The notes beneath the pieces were generated by a model. That model saw only the letters and a list, made by a program, of their open reading frames with translations. It was not told the DNA's origin and searched no databases. From an uncultured delta proteobacterium (GTDB lineage: Bacteria; Myxococcota; Myxococcia; Myxococcales; Anaeromyxobacteraceae), in contig CAWFDF010000012.1 of assembly GCA_963814585.1 (NCBI GenBank), forward strand, positions 256,001-320,000: DNA of 64,000 bases. The letters run 5' to 3'. Shown piece by piece: positions 18,297 to 29,936 of this stretch. A program made the position numbers and the translations under genes. Each line of letters starts with the position of its first letter. Within the stretch, counting starts at the first letter, position 1.

Positions 18297-19964
18297 ATGG
18301 TGAGCAACTCTCCAGTTTCCACGGGCGCCCCGGCGGCCGCAGCGAGCGCCGGTGAGCGCGAGGCCCGGTTGACCACCCTGCTGGTCTTCGGCGCCATGAC
18401 CATCGGCGCGGTGATCCAGATTCGGATTCCCCCGGGGCCGACCACGCTGGTGGCGGCCACCGGCATCGCCAGCCTGGTGGTGCTCGGCCTCTCCTTCGTG
18501 GTCCCGGGGCGCCTGCGCAGCACCCTCACCGGCTTCCGCTTCACCTCGTCGCTCCTCATCGCGCTGGCGGTCTTCGCCATCCTCGGGACGCTCATCCTGC
18601 AGGGGAAGCCGGCCGAGCTCTACCGGGCCAGGTACGGCGCGGTGGCCGGGCTGATCCTGGCGCTCCGCTTCGACGACATCTTCCACGGCCTCCCCTATGC
18701 CGGGCTGATGGCCCTCTTCGGCGCCGCCATCCTCGCCTCGGCGTCGCTGCGCTGGCCCATCTCGACCAAGCGGGCCGGCTTCTTCATCGCCCACGTCGGC
18801 CTGCTGGTCTCCGGCGCCGGAGCGGCCGCCTCCAGCATGCTCTCGGTGCGCGGGCGGATCGACCTCTTCGCCGGCGGCGACGTGGCCAACCAGGTCCGCG
18901 TCACCAAGGGCGGCGTGCCGACGGGCGCCTACCAGGCGCTGCCGTTCGAGCTGAAGCTCGACCAGTTCGACCTCGTCAACTACGAGGCCGAGTACCGGGT
19001 CGGCTACTACGAGAAGACCCGCATCGTCCGCGACGGCGTGGCCATGGACGACTACCGGCTCAAGACCAGCTTCGACGCCTACCAGGTCGACGTCTTCAAC
19101 ACCAAGGCCGATCCGGTTCCGGATCTGGCCAAGCATCGCCTCCCGGGCGGCGACTCGTTCAGGATCAAGGCCTTCTACCCGGACTTCGAGGTGGTGCCGC
19201 GCGTGACGCCGGCCGCCAGCGGGCCCCCGGCGCTGCTGGTGACGCTGGCGGGCCGGCCGCACTGGCTGCAGCCGGGCGAGCTGGCCGCCTCGCCCGACGG
19301 CGCGCTGGCGGTGGCCTTCGGCGAACGGCTCCCTCCTCCGCCGCCAGGCCTGGCCACCGCGGTGCTGGTGTCGTCGCTCGATCGGCAGGTGGTGATCCAC
19401 CGCGCCGACGGAAGCGCCTCGCAGCCCTTCGCCGAGGGGCTCGCCCTCCTCGGAGGCGCGGTCCGCCTCGACCAGCTGCTGGTCCACTCGGCGCGTGGCT
19501 CCGTCTACCAGACTCGCAGCCGCGAGCCGCGCCATCCGGCGGCGGTGATCGAGACCAGCGTCGACGGCCGGGTCCAGGAGACGCTGGTGGTCGCCGCCCA
19601 GCCGCGCGGCGTCTTCCTGCGTGACGGCAAGTCGGCCCTGGTCTTCGAGAAGCGGGACAAGGAGGTCAAGGCCTTCCTCTCCCACGTCACCGCACGTCAG
19701 GGCGACAAGGTGCAGCGGGCCGTGGTGTCGGTGAACGACCCGTTCGACTTCGGCGGGTGGATGCTCTACCAGGTCAACTACAACCCGGAGGATCCCACCT
19801 ACTCCGGGCTCGAGGCGGTGCGGGATCCGGGGGTGTTCTGGGTCTTCGTCGGCTTCGGGCTCATCTGCCTCGGCGTCTTCTACATGCTCTACGTCGAGCC
19901 GCGGCTGCGCGCGGGCGGCATCGAGCGCCCGTCGCCCACCACGTCGCCGGCCGCCCCGGCCTGA
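18297..19964 (+). CDS. resB: Cytochrome c biogenesis protein ResB/Ccs1 (system II)
   Basis: N-terminal TMs, GTLILQ, GFFIAHVG conserved His, C-terminal VNDPF...YQ...YSGLEAVRDPG plus TM. Confidence 0.85.
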   Translation: MVSNSPVSTGAPAAAASAGEREARLTTLLVFGAMTIGAVIQIRIPPGPTTLVAATGIASLVVLGLSFVVPGRLRSTLTGFRFTSSLLIALAVFAILGTLILQGKPAELYRARYGAVAGLILALRFDDIFHGLPYAGLMALFGAAILASASLRWPISTKRAGFFIAHVGLLVSGAGAAASSMLSVRGRIDLFAGGDVANQVRVTKGGVPTGAYQALPFELKLDQFDLVNYEAEYRVGYYEKTRIVRDGVAMDDYRLKTSFDAYQVDVFNTKADPVPDLAKHRLPGGDSFRIKAFYPDFEVVPRVTPAASGPPALLVTLAGRPHWLQPGELAASPDGALAVAFGERLPPPPPGLATAVLVSSLDRQVVIHRADGSASQPFAEGLALLGGAVRLDQLLVHSARGSVYQTRSREPRHPAAVIETSVDGRVQETLVVAAQPRGVFLRDGKSALVFEKRDKEVKAFLSHVTARQGDKVQRAVVSVNDPFDFGGWMLYQVNYNPEDPTYSGLEAVRDPGVFWVFVGFGLICLGVFYMLYVEPRLRAGGIERPSPTTSPAAPA

Positions 19965-19976
19965 GGGAGATCGAAC

Positions 19977-20834
19977 ATGCTCCAGTACGTCCTCGTCGAG
20001 CACCCCTTCTTCGCCCTCACCAGCCTGCTCTACCTGGCCTCGACGCTGGCCTACGGGCTGGCCTGGGTCTCCCCGAGCCGGCTGCCGGGCCGCGCCGGGA
20101 CCGCGCTGATGGCCGCCGGCGTGGTGCTCAACACCGGGCTCATCGTCGGCCGCTGGCTGGAGGCGGGCCGCGCCCCCTTCAAGTCCCTCTTCGAGTCACT
20201 GGTCTTCTTCGCGTTCTGCATCGCGCTGCTCTACGTGGTCTTCGAGCGGCTCTACAGGACGCGGCTCTTCGGCGTGGCCGCCGGCCTGATGGCCTTCGGC
20301 TCCATGGCCTACGCCCTGGCCAAGTGGGACGCCGAGATCGTCAAGCTGCCGCCGGCGCTCCAGTCGGGCTGGTTCGTGCCGCACGTCATGGTCTACTTCA
20401 TCGGCTACGCGGCGGTGGCCATCGCCACGGGCGTGGCGGTGGTGCAGCTGCTCTCCAGCCGGATCCCCTTCGTCCACCGCCTCACCACCCTGAAGGCCGG
20501 CTCGGTCCTCTCCGGCGAGCCGCTCGATCTCGACCGGATCTCCTACGACGCGGTCCGCTTCGGCTTCGTGCTGCTCACCATCGGGCTGCTGGTCGGCTCG
20601 GTGTGGGCCAAGAGCGCCTGGGGCGACTTCTGGGTCTGGGACCCCAAGGAGAACTGGTCGCTGGTGACCTGGCTGATCTATGGAGCCTACCTGCACCTGC
20701 GCAAGGTCCGGGGTTGGCGCGGCGATCGGGCGGCCTGGGTCGCCATCATCGGCTTCGCGGTGGTGATGTTCACCTACCTGGGCATCAACATGCTGCCCAC
20801 CGCCGAGGAGAGCGCGCACGTCTACACCAACTAG
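19977..20834 (+). CDS. ccsA: Cytochrome c biogenesis protein CcsA/ResC (WWD domain)
   Basis: PALQSGWFVPHV, WAKSAWGDFWVWDPKENW, YLHLR, C-terminal His. Confidence 0.95.
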   Translation: MLQYVLVEHPFFALTSLLYLASTLAYGLAWVSPSRLPGRAGTALMAAGVVLNTGLIVGRWLEAGRAPFKSLFESLVFFAFCIALLYVVFERLYRTRLFGVAAGLMAFGSMAYALAKWDAEIVKLPPALQSGWFVPHVMVYFIGYAAVAIATGVAVVQLLSSRIPFVHRLTTLKAGSVLSGEPLDLDRISYDAVRFGFVLLTIGLLVGSVWAKSAWGDFWVWDPKENWSLVTWLIYGAYLHLRKVRGWRGDRAAWVAIIGFAVVMFTYLGINMLPTAEESAHVYTN

Positions 20835-20845
20835 TGCCTGGCGGC

Positions 20846-22252
20846 TCAGCGGGAGTGGGACTCGCCGCCGAAGGCGACCGCGTCCTCCCGGTGAGCGCGT
20901 CCGGGCTGGCCGGCCCGGTACTCCTTGAGACGGTACTGGATCTTGCGGACCGAGACGCCGAGCACCTCGGCGGCGCGGGCGGTGGACCCCCCGGCCTGCT
21001 CCAGCGTCCGCAGGATCGCCTCGCGCTCGATCTCGAAGAGCGTGGCCCCGGGGATGAGGCCGCTGGCCATGCCCCCCTCCGGCTGGCCACCCGTGAGGAC
21101 CGGTGGGAGGTCCTCCACCCGCAGCTCGGGGCCCTTCGCATGCGACGCGGCCTCCTCGATGACCGCCTCCAGCTCGCGGACGTTGCCGGGCCACGGGTAG
21201 GTGAAGAAGGCGGAGAGGACGCCTGGCGCGGCCAGGAGCGGCGCGCTCCCCGTGGAGCGGGCCCGGTAGGCGAGCAGGTGGGTGACCAGCGCCGGGATGT
21301 CGGCCTTCCGGTCGCGCAGCGGCGGCAGCGCCGCCGCCACCACGTTGAGCCGGTAGTAGAGGTCGTCGCGGAAGCGACCGTGGCGAACCTCCTCCGCGAG
21401 GTCCCGGCTCGAGCCGGCCATGATCCGCACGTCGGCGGCCAGCAGGTCGCGTCCTCCGCGTCGCTCGAAGACGCCCTCCTGCAGCACCCGCAGCAGCCGG
21501 ACCTGGAGGTCGGGCGGCAGCTGCCCCACCTCGTGCACGTAGAGCGTGCCGCCCCGCGCCTCCTCGATGCGCCCGAGGCGCCGCTGGTCCGCCTCCTCGA
21601 AGGCCCCCTTCTCGTGGCCGAACAGCTCGCTCTCGATCAGCGACCCGGACACCGCGGCGCAGTTGACCGCCACGAAGGGGCGCTCCCGCCGCGGTGACAG
21701 CTCGTGGACGGCCTCCGCCAGGTGGCGCTTCCCCGAGCCGGACTCTCCGTGGATGAGGATGGTCGCCTTGGTCGGCGCCACCCGGCGCACCAGCTCGAAC
21801 GCCGCCACCAGCTCCGGCGCGGTCCCGATCAGCGCCAGCCGGCCCCTGATCCGCTCGCGCAGCCTGGCGATCTCGGTCCGCAGCGCGCTCCGCTCGCCGG
21901 CCCGCTGCAGGATTGCCCCGAGGCGGTTCGACTCGAGCGGCCGCACCAGGAACCCGTCGGCGCCGGTCCCGGTCGCCAGCCGCGCCGCCGGCCCCTCCCC
22001 GGCGCCGCCGATCACGAGCACCGAGGCCAGTCCACCGAGGGCGCGCAGCCTCTGGACGAAGCTCGATCCCTCGCAGCCCGGCGCGGCCGCGTCGACCAGC
22101 ACCACCGCGGGCCTGGTGCTGGCGGCCACCGCGAGCGCCCGGTCGGCGGTGGCGGCCTCGTCGGCCTCGACGCCGAGCTCCCTCAGCTGGAGTCGGAGCG
22201 AGGCTCCGGCCTTCGGGTCGGCTTCGACGATGAGGAGGCGTGCTGGTTCCAT
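20846..22252 (-). CDS. NtrC-like response regulator (REC-AAA+-Fis HTH), degenerate GAFTGA and Walker B
   Basis: GESGSGK, ESELFGHEKGAFEEA, TLYVHEVG, FRDDLYYRLNV, WPGNVREL, HTH AAEVLGVSVRKIQYRL. Confidence 0.9.
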   Translation of the reverse strand: MEPARLLIVEADPKAGASLRLQLRELGVEADEAATADRALAVAASTRPAVVLVDAAAPGCEGSSFVQRLRALGGLASVLVIGGAGEGPAARLATGTGADGFLVRPLESNRLGAILQRAGERSALRTEIARLRERIRGRLALIGTAPELVAAFELVRRVAPTKATILIHGESGSGKRHLAEAVHELSPRRERPFVAVNCAAVSGSLIESELFGHEKGAFEEADQRRLGRIEEARGGTLYVHEVGQLPPDLQVRLLRVLQEGVFERRGGRDLLAADVRIMAGSSRDLAEEVRHGRFRDDLYYRLNVVAAALPPLRDRKADIPALVTHLLAYRARSTGSAPLLAAPGVLSAFFTYPWPGNVRELEAVIEEAASHAKGPELRVEDLPPVLTGGQPEGGMASGLIPGATLFEIEREAILRTLEQAGGSTARAAEVLGVSVRKIQYRLKEYRAGQPGRAHREDAVAFGGESHSR

Positions 22253-22284
22253 GGGGCGCAAGGGACCTGTCAGCAAGTACCCTA

Positions 22285-22300
22285 AGCAAGGTGCGTACCC
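22285..22300 (-). promoter_or_regulatory. Putative sigma-54 -24/-12 promoter GGGTACGCACCTTGCT
   Basis: GG-N10-GC with TACG and TTGCT matching TGGCACG-N4-TTGC(A/T), about 33 nt upstream of the regulator ATG. Confidence 0.5.
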
Positions 22301-22554
22301 ACCACATTAGGGCCTTTTCGTGCGGTGTGGACGCAGTCTTTGCAGTAAGCGCAATTTAGGCGCACCGCGGCTCATCCTAAAGAGGTATCTCGGCTGGTCA
22401 CGGACGGGGAGTCTCCCCTTCCGCGGCTCCGACCGCCAACCCGCGAAGATCAGCGGGCATCCTCCGCGCTGGCTGGCCCGGAGCGGCCCCGGCGGACCAC
22501 CGTGGTCCAGGACGAGGGGCGACGGCTCGTGCCCAGGCGACGTGGTCCCGCTGC

Positions 22555-22962
22555 CTAGCGCCCCGGACTGGCGTGTCCGGTCGTCGCCGGCGCCGGGTTG
22601 AGGATGGCATCGCGGATCCGCTGCGGCGCGGTCTCGGCGTCGGGCGGATTGGCCAGCGGGAAGCGCGTGGAGTTGTCGAGCAGCGTCAGCCCGACGAGCA
22701 GCACCACGAAGACCAGCGAGGTCACCAGCACCAGGCGATTGGGGCCGGGCTGATCCCAGAGGTGCATGAAGAAGAGCGCCACCAGCGCCCCCTTCACCGA
22801 GGCGATGGTGAGCGCCACCGCCACGCCGGCCGCGCCGGGGATGTGGACGGTGGAGAGCCCCCAGGTGAGCGCCGTCAGCACCATGAGCGCGGCCCAGACC
22901 ATCAGGTAGCGCCCGGCGTGGGAGTGGGCGTGGGCGGTGGCGCCGTGGCCGTGGTCGGACAT
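22555..22962 (-). CDS. Cytochrome c oxidase subunit IV
   Basis: Three TMs; KGALVALFFMHL motif; last gene of the oxidase operon. Confidence 0.88.
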   Translation of the reverse strand: MSDHGHGATAHAHSHAGRYLMVWAALMVLTALTWGLSTVHIPGAAGVAVALTIASVKGALVALFFMHLWDQPGPNRLVLVTSLVFVVLLVGLTLLDNSTRFPLANPPDAETAPQRIRDAILNPAPATTGHASPGR

Positions 22963-22976
22963 CGGGTGGCTCCGGT

Positions 22977-23592
22977 TCAGATCAGGTAGATGAGCGGGAA
23001 GACGAAGATCCAGATCAGGTCGACCAGGTGCCAGTAGAGTCCCGCCAGCTCGACCGGCACGTGGTACTGCGCGTCGTACTTGCCGAGCCAGGCCCTGGCC
23101 CCGATGATCCCCAGCACCGTCATGCCGATCAGCACGTGGATGGCGTGCAGGCCGGTGATGAGGAAGTAGAGGGTGAAGAAGAGCGATCCGCCCGAGCCGG
23201 CGATGGGGCCGCCGTAGAACTGGCCGGGCAGCTCGGCGTGGAGGAAGTGGTGGCGGTACTCGACCCCCTTCAGGACCATGAAGACCATGCCCATGGCGAT
23301 GGAGGCGCCGAAGAGCAGGCCGGTGCGCCGGTTCTTCCCCTGGGCGATGGCGTCCAGCCCCATGGCCACCGTGAAGGAGCTGGAGACCAGCACGAAGGTG
23401 TTGACGCCACCCAGCCAGGTCTCGAGCCCGCGCGAGGCCTGCGAGAAGGCGTCGGCGTAGAGGAAGCGGTAGACGCCGTAGGCGGCGAAGAGGGCGGTGA
23501 AGAGCAGGATCTCGGTGGCCAGGAAGAGCCACATGCCGAGCCGCTGGGCCTGGCCCTGCTTCTCGAGGCTCTCGAAGTGGTGGGCGACGGCG

Positions 23593-23600
<8 letters not shown>
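22977..23600 (-). CDS. ctaE: Cytochrome c oxidase subunit III
   Basis: GMWLFLATEILLF, TGLHAIHV, GLYWHLVDLIWIFVFP. Confidence 0.95.
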
Positions 23601-25216
<1,616 letters not shown>

Positions 25217-25239
<23 letters not shown>

Positions 25240-26269
25240 AGACCGGGCCCTCCGACGGCCCGGCGGTGACGGCCGGGGTCCTGAGCGACTTGATGTACTC
25301 GACGACGGCGGCGACCTCGGGAGGCGTCATCCGCCCCTGGAAGGTCGGCATGACGTTCTGGTAGCCGGCCACCAGCTGGGCGGCGGGGTCCATCATCGAC
25401 CGGGTCAGGTAGGCCTCGTCGGCGGTGATGACCTCGCCGGTGGTGAGCTTCTCGTTCCGGCCGTAGAGGTCGATGAAGGTCGGCCCGATGTGGCGCGAGC
25501 CGTCCACCGAGTGGCACTTCAGGCAGCCCTGGTCGGCCGCGACGCGCCGCCCCTGATCGAGGATGGAGGACCCGGGGAGGCCCCGCTCGGCGGCGGTGAG
25601 GGCGGCGTCCTGGGCCCGGGCCTCGCCGCGGCGCTGGTCGGCCAGCCAGGCGTCGAACTCGGCGGCCGGCATCACCACCAGCTCGGCCAGCATGCCGGAG
25701 TGGGAGAGGCCGCAGTACTCGGCGCAGAAGACCTGGTAGCGGCCGGGCGTCTCGGGCTGGAACCAGGTCTGCGTGTAGCGCCCCGGGAGCGCGTCCAGCT
25801 TGAGGCGCAGCTCCGGCACGTAGAAGGAGTGGATGACGTCGCGCGAGGTGATGAGCAGGCGCACCGGCCGGCCGGCCGGAACCCGCAGCACGTCGAGCGA
25901 GGACGGCCCCCCCTGGTAGGCGAACTTCCACATCCATTTCTTGCCCTGCACGAAGACGTCCATGGCGCCGGGCGGAGGCTGGGTGGTCTCCACGAACTGC
26001 GGATAGCCGATGGCGAACCAGAGCAGGAAGAAGGCCAGCGGCACGCCCACGAAGACCGCCTCGTGCCAGTGCCCGGGCTGCACCTCGGGGGTGGCCTCGC
26101 CTTCCTGCCGCCGCCGGTAGCGGATCATGAAGACCAGCGCGGTGGCGAAGATGAGGAGCCCCGCCACCATGGTGGTGATGATCACGAAGTAGTGGAGCCC
26201 ATCCACGTCGCGGGCGTGCTGCGACAGCTGGGGCGGGAGGAAGAGCAGCTTGCGGAGGAGCTCGTTCAT
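25217..26269 (-). CDS. ctaC: Cytochrome c oxidase subunit II with fused cytochrome c (caa3-type)
   Basis: DVIHSF and CAEYCGLSHSGM CuA ligands; C-terminal CLKCH...MP heme c domain. Confidence 0.95.
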
Positions 26270-27165
26270 GCCGTCGGCCTCGCCTTCCTGCGCTCGCGCC
26301 AGACCAGCCCCGCGATCAGCCCGCCCAGCGCCACCACCGCGGCGGCGCCGCCCAGGCGGAGCATGCCGAAGGCAAAGGGCTGGTACTTGCGGGAGGCGGG
26401 GTCATAGCGGAAGCAGGTGAGGATGAGCTTGTCGAAGCTGGTGCCGATCCGGCCGCCGGCGGCCTCGACCAGCGAGAGGCGGAAGTCCTTGGGGGGGAAC
26501 TCGATGCCGTACAGGTAGCGGGAGACCTGCCCGTCGGGGGTGAGGACGAAGATCGACGCCATGTGCGCCCACTCGCCGGTGGCGGCGTCCTTGGCGTAGT
26601 GGAAGCCGACGGCGTCGCTGACCCGCCTGGCGGCGCCACCCCGGTCGACCCAGAAGCGCCAGGCCCCGGACCCCTCCGCCAGCCCGATCGACTGCAGGTA
26701 GCCGCGCTGCCGCTCGCGGGCCAGCGGCGGCTGCTCCTCGGGGTCGAAGGAGATGGTGAGGGCGGTGAAGTCCTGGCCGGGCTCGAGCCCGCTCTCCCGC
26801 ATGGCGCGAGCCATGCCCGACATGATCAGGCCGCAGAGCATGGGGCAGTCGTAGTAGACCAGCGCCAGCACCACCGGCTTGCCCTGCCCGAACACCGACC
26901 CGAGCTGGACCGGCTGGCCGGCGGCGTCGGTGAAGGTGGCGTCGAGCGGGAGCCGGGCGCCGAGCTGCTCGTCGACGCGCACCTCCTCGAGCACCGCCGG
27001 GGTGACGTCGACCGGGGTGGCGGCCATCCCCTTCGACTTCCAGAAGTCGGCCCGGGCCGGGGCGGCCAGGGCGAGGAGCGCGGCCAGCACGGCGGCGGGC
27101 CTCCCCGCGAGGGCCGGCATCGTCCGCCGCAGGAGGCCGGGGGTGGTGGGAGGCGCGCTCGTCAC
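26266..27165 (-). CDS. SCO1/SenC family copper chaperone
   Basis: CPMLC (CxxxC), SFDP, distal His (WAHMAS), C-terminal TM. Confidence 0.92.
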   Translation of the reverse strand: MTSAPPTTPGLLRRTMPALAGRPAAVLAALLALAAPARADFWKSKGMAATPVDVTPAVLEEVRVDEQLGARLPLDATFTDAAGQPVQLGSVFGQGKPVVLALVYYDCPMLCGLIMSGMARAMRESGLEPGQDFTALTISFDPEEQPPLARERQRGYLQSIGLAEGSGAWRFWVDRGGAARRVSDAVGFHYAKDAATGEWAHMASIFVLTPDGQVSRYLYGIEFPPKDFRLSLVEAAGGRIGTSFDKLILTCFRYDPASRKYQPFAFGMLRLGGAAAVVALGGLIAGLVWRERRKARPTA

Positions 27166-27659
27166 GGGCGCGCTCCTCCCCGGGCCCTGGACGCGGCCGC
27201 AGGGGTGGCCGGCGCGGCGGCCGGGGTGGCGCCGGGCGCGTCGACCCCGCCGTTGGCGGCGCCGATGGGCGGCGGCGGCGGCGCCTGCCCGGCCGGCACC
27301 CGGACCCCCTGCGCCACCAGCTCCATGGCCCTGGCGATGGGGAGGTGGATGATGCCCGCCTGGCGGTCGACCCAGCCGTAGCCGTCGAGGTGCGCCTGGC
27401 GCGCCGCCCGGTCTCGGGCGCCGCGGAGGTTGGTGTCGAAGAGCTGCTGCTCGACCAGGCCGATCTTGGTCTGCCCCACCTCGGGGGGCAGGACCGCCTG
27501 CGGCGTGACCGCGTTGCTGTGGCGGACCCAGGCGACGCTGAGGGCGCCGGCCAGCAGGAAGATGGCCAGGGCCCCGAAGCCGACCGTCAGCACGGCCCGG
27601 GAGTCGACCCGGTCGTTCTCGGAGCGGGGGTGGCCGCCGTCGTGGGCAGGGTGGCTCAT
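27162..27659 (-). CDS. Alternative complex III small subunit (ActG-like)
   Basis: Single TM; L-GYGWVD...HLPI-RAM motif; follows actF. Confidence 0.75.
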   Translation of the reverse strand: MSHPAHDGGHPRSENDRVDSRAVLTVGFGALAIFLLAGALSVAWVRHSNAVTPQAVLPPEVGQTKIGLVEQQLFDTNLRGARDRAARQAHLDGYGWVDRQAGIIHLPIARAMELVAQGVRVPAGQAPPPPPIGAANGGVDAPGATPAAAPATPAAASRARGGARP

Positions 27660-28837
27660 TGCGGCTGGTACCTCAGCGACTCCTCGAGATACGGGTCGCA
27701 CACCGGCACGGTGGCGGCGCCACGCATGCGGAAGACCAGGAACGCCAGGGCCAGGCCGCCCACCCCGACGAAGGCGGTCAGGTCGAGCCAGGAGGGCCTG
27801 GGTCCGGCCTCGTGGATGCGGGGCATGATCACCCAGTGCAGGTCGACGAAGTGGACCAGGAGCAGCCAGGCGGCCACCGCGGCCAGCCGGCGCGGGTCCC
27901 GCTTCAGGTCGCGCGAGAGGAGCAGGAAGAAGGGGATGGCGAAGTGGGCGATGGCCAGGAAGATGCCGACCCGCCCCCAGGGGGAGTCGGTCCGGACCAC
28001 GTACCAGGGGATCTCCTCCGGGATGTTGGCGATCCAGATCAGCATGAACTGGGAGAAGGCGATGTAGGCCCAGAAGGCGGTGAAGGCGAGGAGGAACTTC
28101 CCCAGCGAGTGGACGTGATCGGCGTTGAGGTGGTGGCCGAACTGGCCGGGGTCGGACCGGGTCGCCGCGGTGGCGATGACCAGCACCGCGAAGCAGGCCA
28201 GGAAGCTGCCGGCGAACCAGTAGACCCCGAAGATGGTGGAGAAGAAGCGGGGGTCGAGCGACATCATCCAGTCGAAGGACGCGAAGGAGAGCGTGAGCGC
28301 GAGGATGGGCAGGGCGCCGGTGCCGAGGCGGCGCTGCCAGGAGGTGAGCAGGTGCCCGCCGACGGTGTCCTGCCGCACGCTCCAGCGGCGCAGCAGGGTG
28401 GCCACGGCGATCCAGACCGTGAAGTAGATGGCGGCGCGGGCCACGAAGAACGGCACGTTCAGGTAGGGGCGCTTGTGCTGGATGGCGTGGAGCAGCTCGC
28501 CGGTGGCGCCGGACGGGTCGACCCAGCTGAAGAGGTGGCGCATGCCCAGCGCGATGGGGATGAAGAGGACCGCGAAGAGCGGCAGCGTCTGCGGGATGGT
28601 CTCGAGGAAGCGCCGCAGCACCACCGGCCAGCGGGCCTTGGCGGCGTGGAGCGCGCCCAGCAGGATGAGCGACCCCAGCGCGATGCCGACCCAGTAGACG
28701 AAGGCCACCAGGTAGGAGGCCAGCGCCTGGCGCGGCTCGGCCAGGCCGCCGAGCGCGGTCAGGCCGAGCCCGGCCACGCCGACCGCGCCGGCCAGGACGA
28801 CGAGGCGGCGGCCGCCCTGGAAGATGGTGGCGGTCAT
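27656..28837 (-). CDS. actF: Alternative complex III subunit ActF
   Basis: Multi-TM; DWMMSLDP-FFSTIFG, FWAYIAFSQFMLIW-AN-PEE. Confidence 0.9.
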   Translation of the reverse strand: MTATIFQGGRRLVVLAGAVGVAGLGLTALGGLAEPRQALASYLVAFVYWVGIALGSLILLGALHAAKARWPVVLRRFLETIPQTLPLFAVLFIPIALGMRHLFSWVDPSGATGELLHAIQHKRPYLNVPFFVARAAIYFTVWIAVATLLRRWSVRQDTVGGHLLTSWQRRLGTGALPILALTLSFASFDWMMSLDPRFFSTIFGVYWFAGSFLACFAVLVIATAATRSDPGQFGHHLNADHVHSLGKFLLAFTAFWAYIAFSQFMLIWIANIPEEIPWYVVRTDSPWGRVGIFLAIAHFAIPFFLLLSRDLKRDPRRLAAVAAWLLLVHFVDLHWVIMPRIHEAGPRPSWLDLTAFVGVGGLALAFLVFRMRGAATVPVCDPYLEESLRYQPQ

Positions 28838-29415
28838 CGGGCTTCTCCTTGGAGCTTCTGCAGGGCCTCGGGCGGCACCTGCGCGGCGCTGGCGTGCTGC
28901 GAGAGCTGCAGCGCCCGGACGTAGCCGACCACGCCCCAGCGCTCCTCCGGGGTGAGCTCGGCCGCGTAGCTGGGCATGAGCCCGAAGCCCTGCGAGACGA
29001 CCTGGAAGAGGTAGCCGTCGGGGACGTCTCGGTAGAGGTGCAGGCTGGGCGGCTTGCGCAGCGCCATGTTCAGCGCCACCTGGCTCTGCCCATCACCGAC
29101 CAGGCCGTGGCACACGGCACAGTGGATGTCGAACTTCTTGCGCCCCGTGGCCAGCAGCTTGGGGGCGAGCGGGAGCGGCGCCAGCTGGAGCGGCTTGCCG
29201 TCGGGGCCGATCCCGCGCTGCAGCGCCGGATCGCCCACCGAGCCGAAGGGGACGGTGCCGGCTGGCGGCGCCCGCATGGCCAGGCCGTCGGGGTGGAACT
29301 CGCTCGACTGGTAGGCCTTGTACTTGGCCTGGCGCTGCATCGGATCCAAGCCCGGGCAGCCGGCCAGGAAGGCCAAGGAGGCGACGGCGAGGAGGAGGCC
29401 GGCAGGGCGGGTCAC
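28834..29415 (-). CDS. actE: Alternative complex III monoheme cytochrome c lipoprotein ActE
   Basis: Lipobox LAGC, MQRQAK, CAVCH, MPSYA; GTGA overlap with actD stop. Confidence 0.9.
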   Translation of the reverse strand: MTRPAGLLLAVASLAFLAGCPGLDPMQRQAKYKAYQSSEFHPDGLAMRAPPAGTVPFGSVGDPALQRGIGPDGKPLQLAPLPLAPKLLATGRKKFDIHCAVCHGLVGDGQSQVALNMALRKPPSLHLYRDVPDGYLFQVVSQGFGLMPSYAAELTPEERWGVVGYVRALQLSQHASAAQVPPEALQKLQGEAR

Positions 29416-29936
29416 GAGGCGTCCTCCACGATCTCGACCTGGCGCGCGCCCAGCCCGCGCAGGCGGGCGGCCGTGCCGTCGGCCGCCTCGGCGCTCACCG
29501 CGGCCGACAGCCAGAGGCCGTCCACCGAGGCGCTCCGAAAGGCCTCCACCTCGAAGACCGGGTGGTGCAGCCGCGGCATGCCCCAGAGCACGAACAGGCC
29601 GAAGAAGATGGAGAGGGTCGCGAAGAGCACGCCCAGCTCGAAGGTGACCGGGATGAAGGCCGGGGGGCTGTGGGGCGGGCGGCCGCCCACGTTGATGGGC
29701 CAGTCCACGCCCACCATGAACCACTGCATCAGGTAGCCGGAGCTGGCGCCGAGCAGGCCCGCCACCAGGGCGATGCGCGGCACCACCGACTTCTTCAGCC
29801 CCAGCGCCTCGTCGGCGCCGTGGAGCGGCACCGGCGAGTGGAGGTCGAGGTCGGCCTGCCCCTCGGCCCGCAGGGCCCGGGCCGCCTCCAGCAGCGGCGC
29901 CTCGGCGGCGAACTCGGCGACCACGTAGCGCTTCAC
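29412..29936 (-). CDS. actD: Alternative complex III subunit ActD (DUF3341)
   Basis: [31 protein letters not shown]. Confidence 0.9.
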   Translation of the reverse strand: MKRYVVAEFAAEAPLLEAARALRAEGQADLDLHSPVPLHGADEALGLKKSVVPRIALVAGLLGASSGYLMQWFMVGVDWPINVGGRPPHSPPAFIPVTFELGVLFATLSIFFGLFVLWGMPRLHHPVFEVEAFRSASVDGLWLSAAVSAEAADGTAARLRGLGARQVEIVEDAS

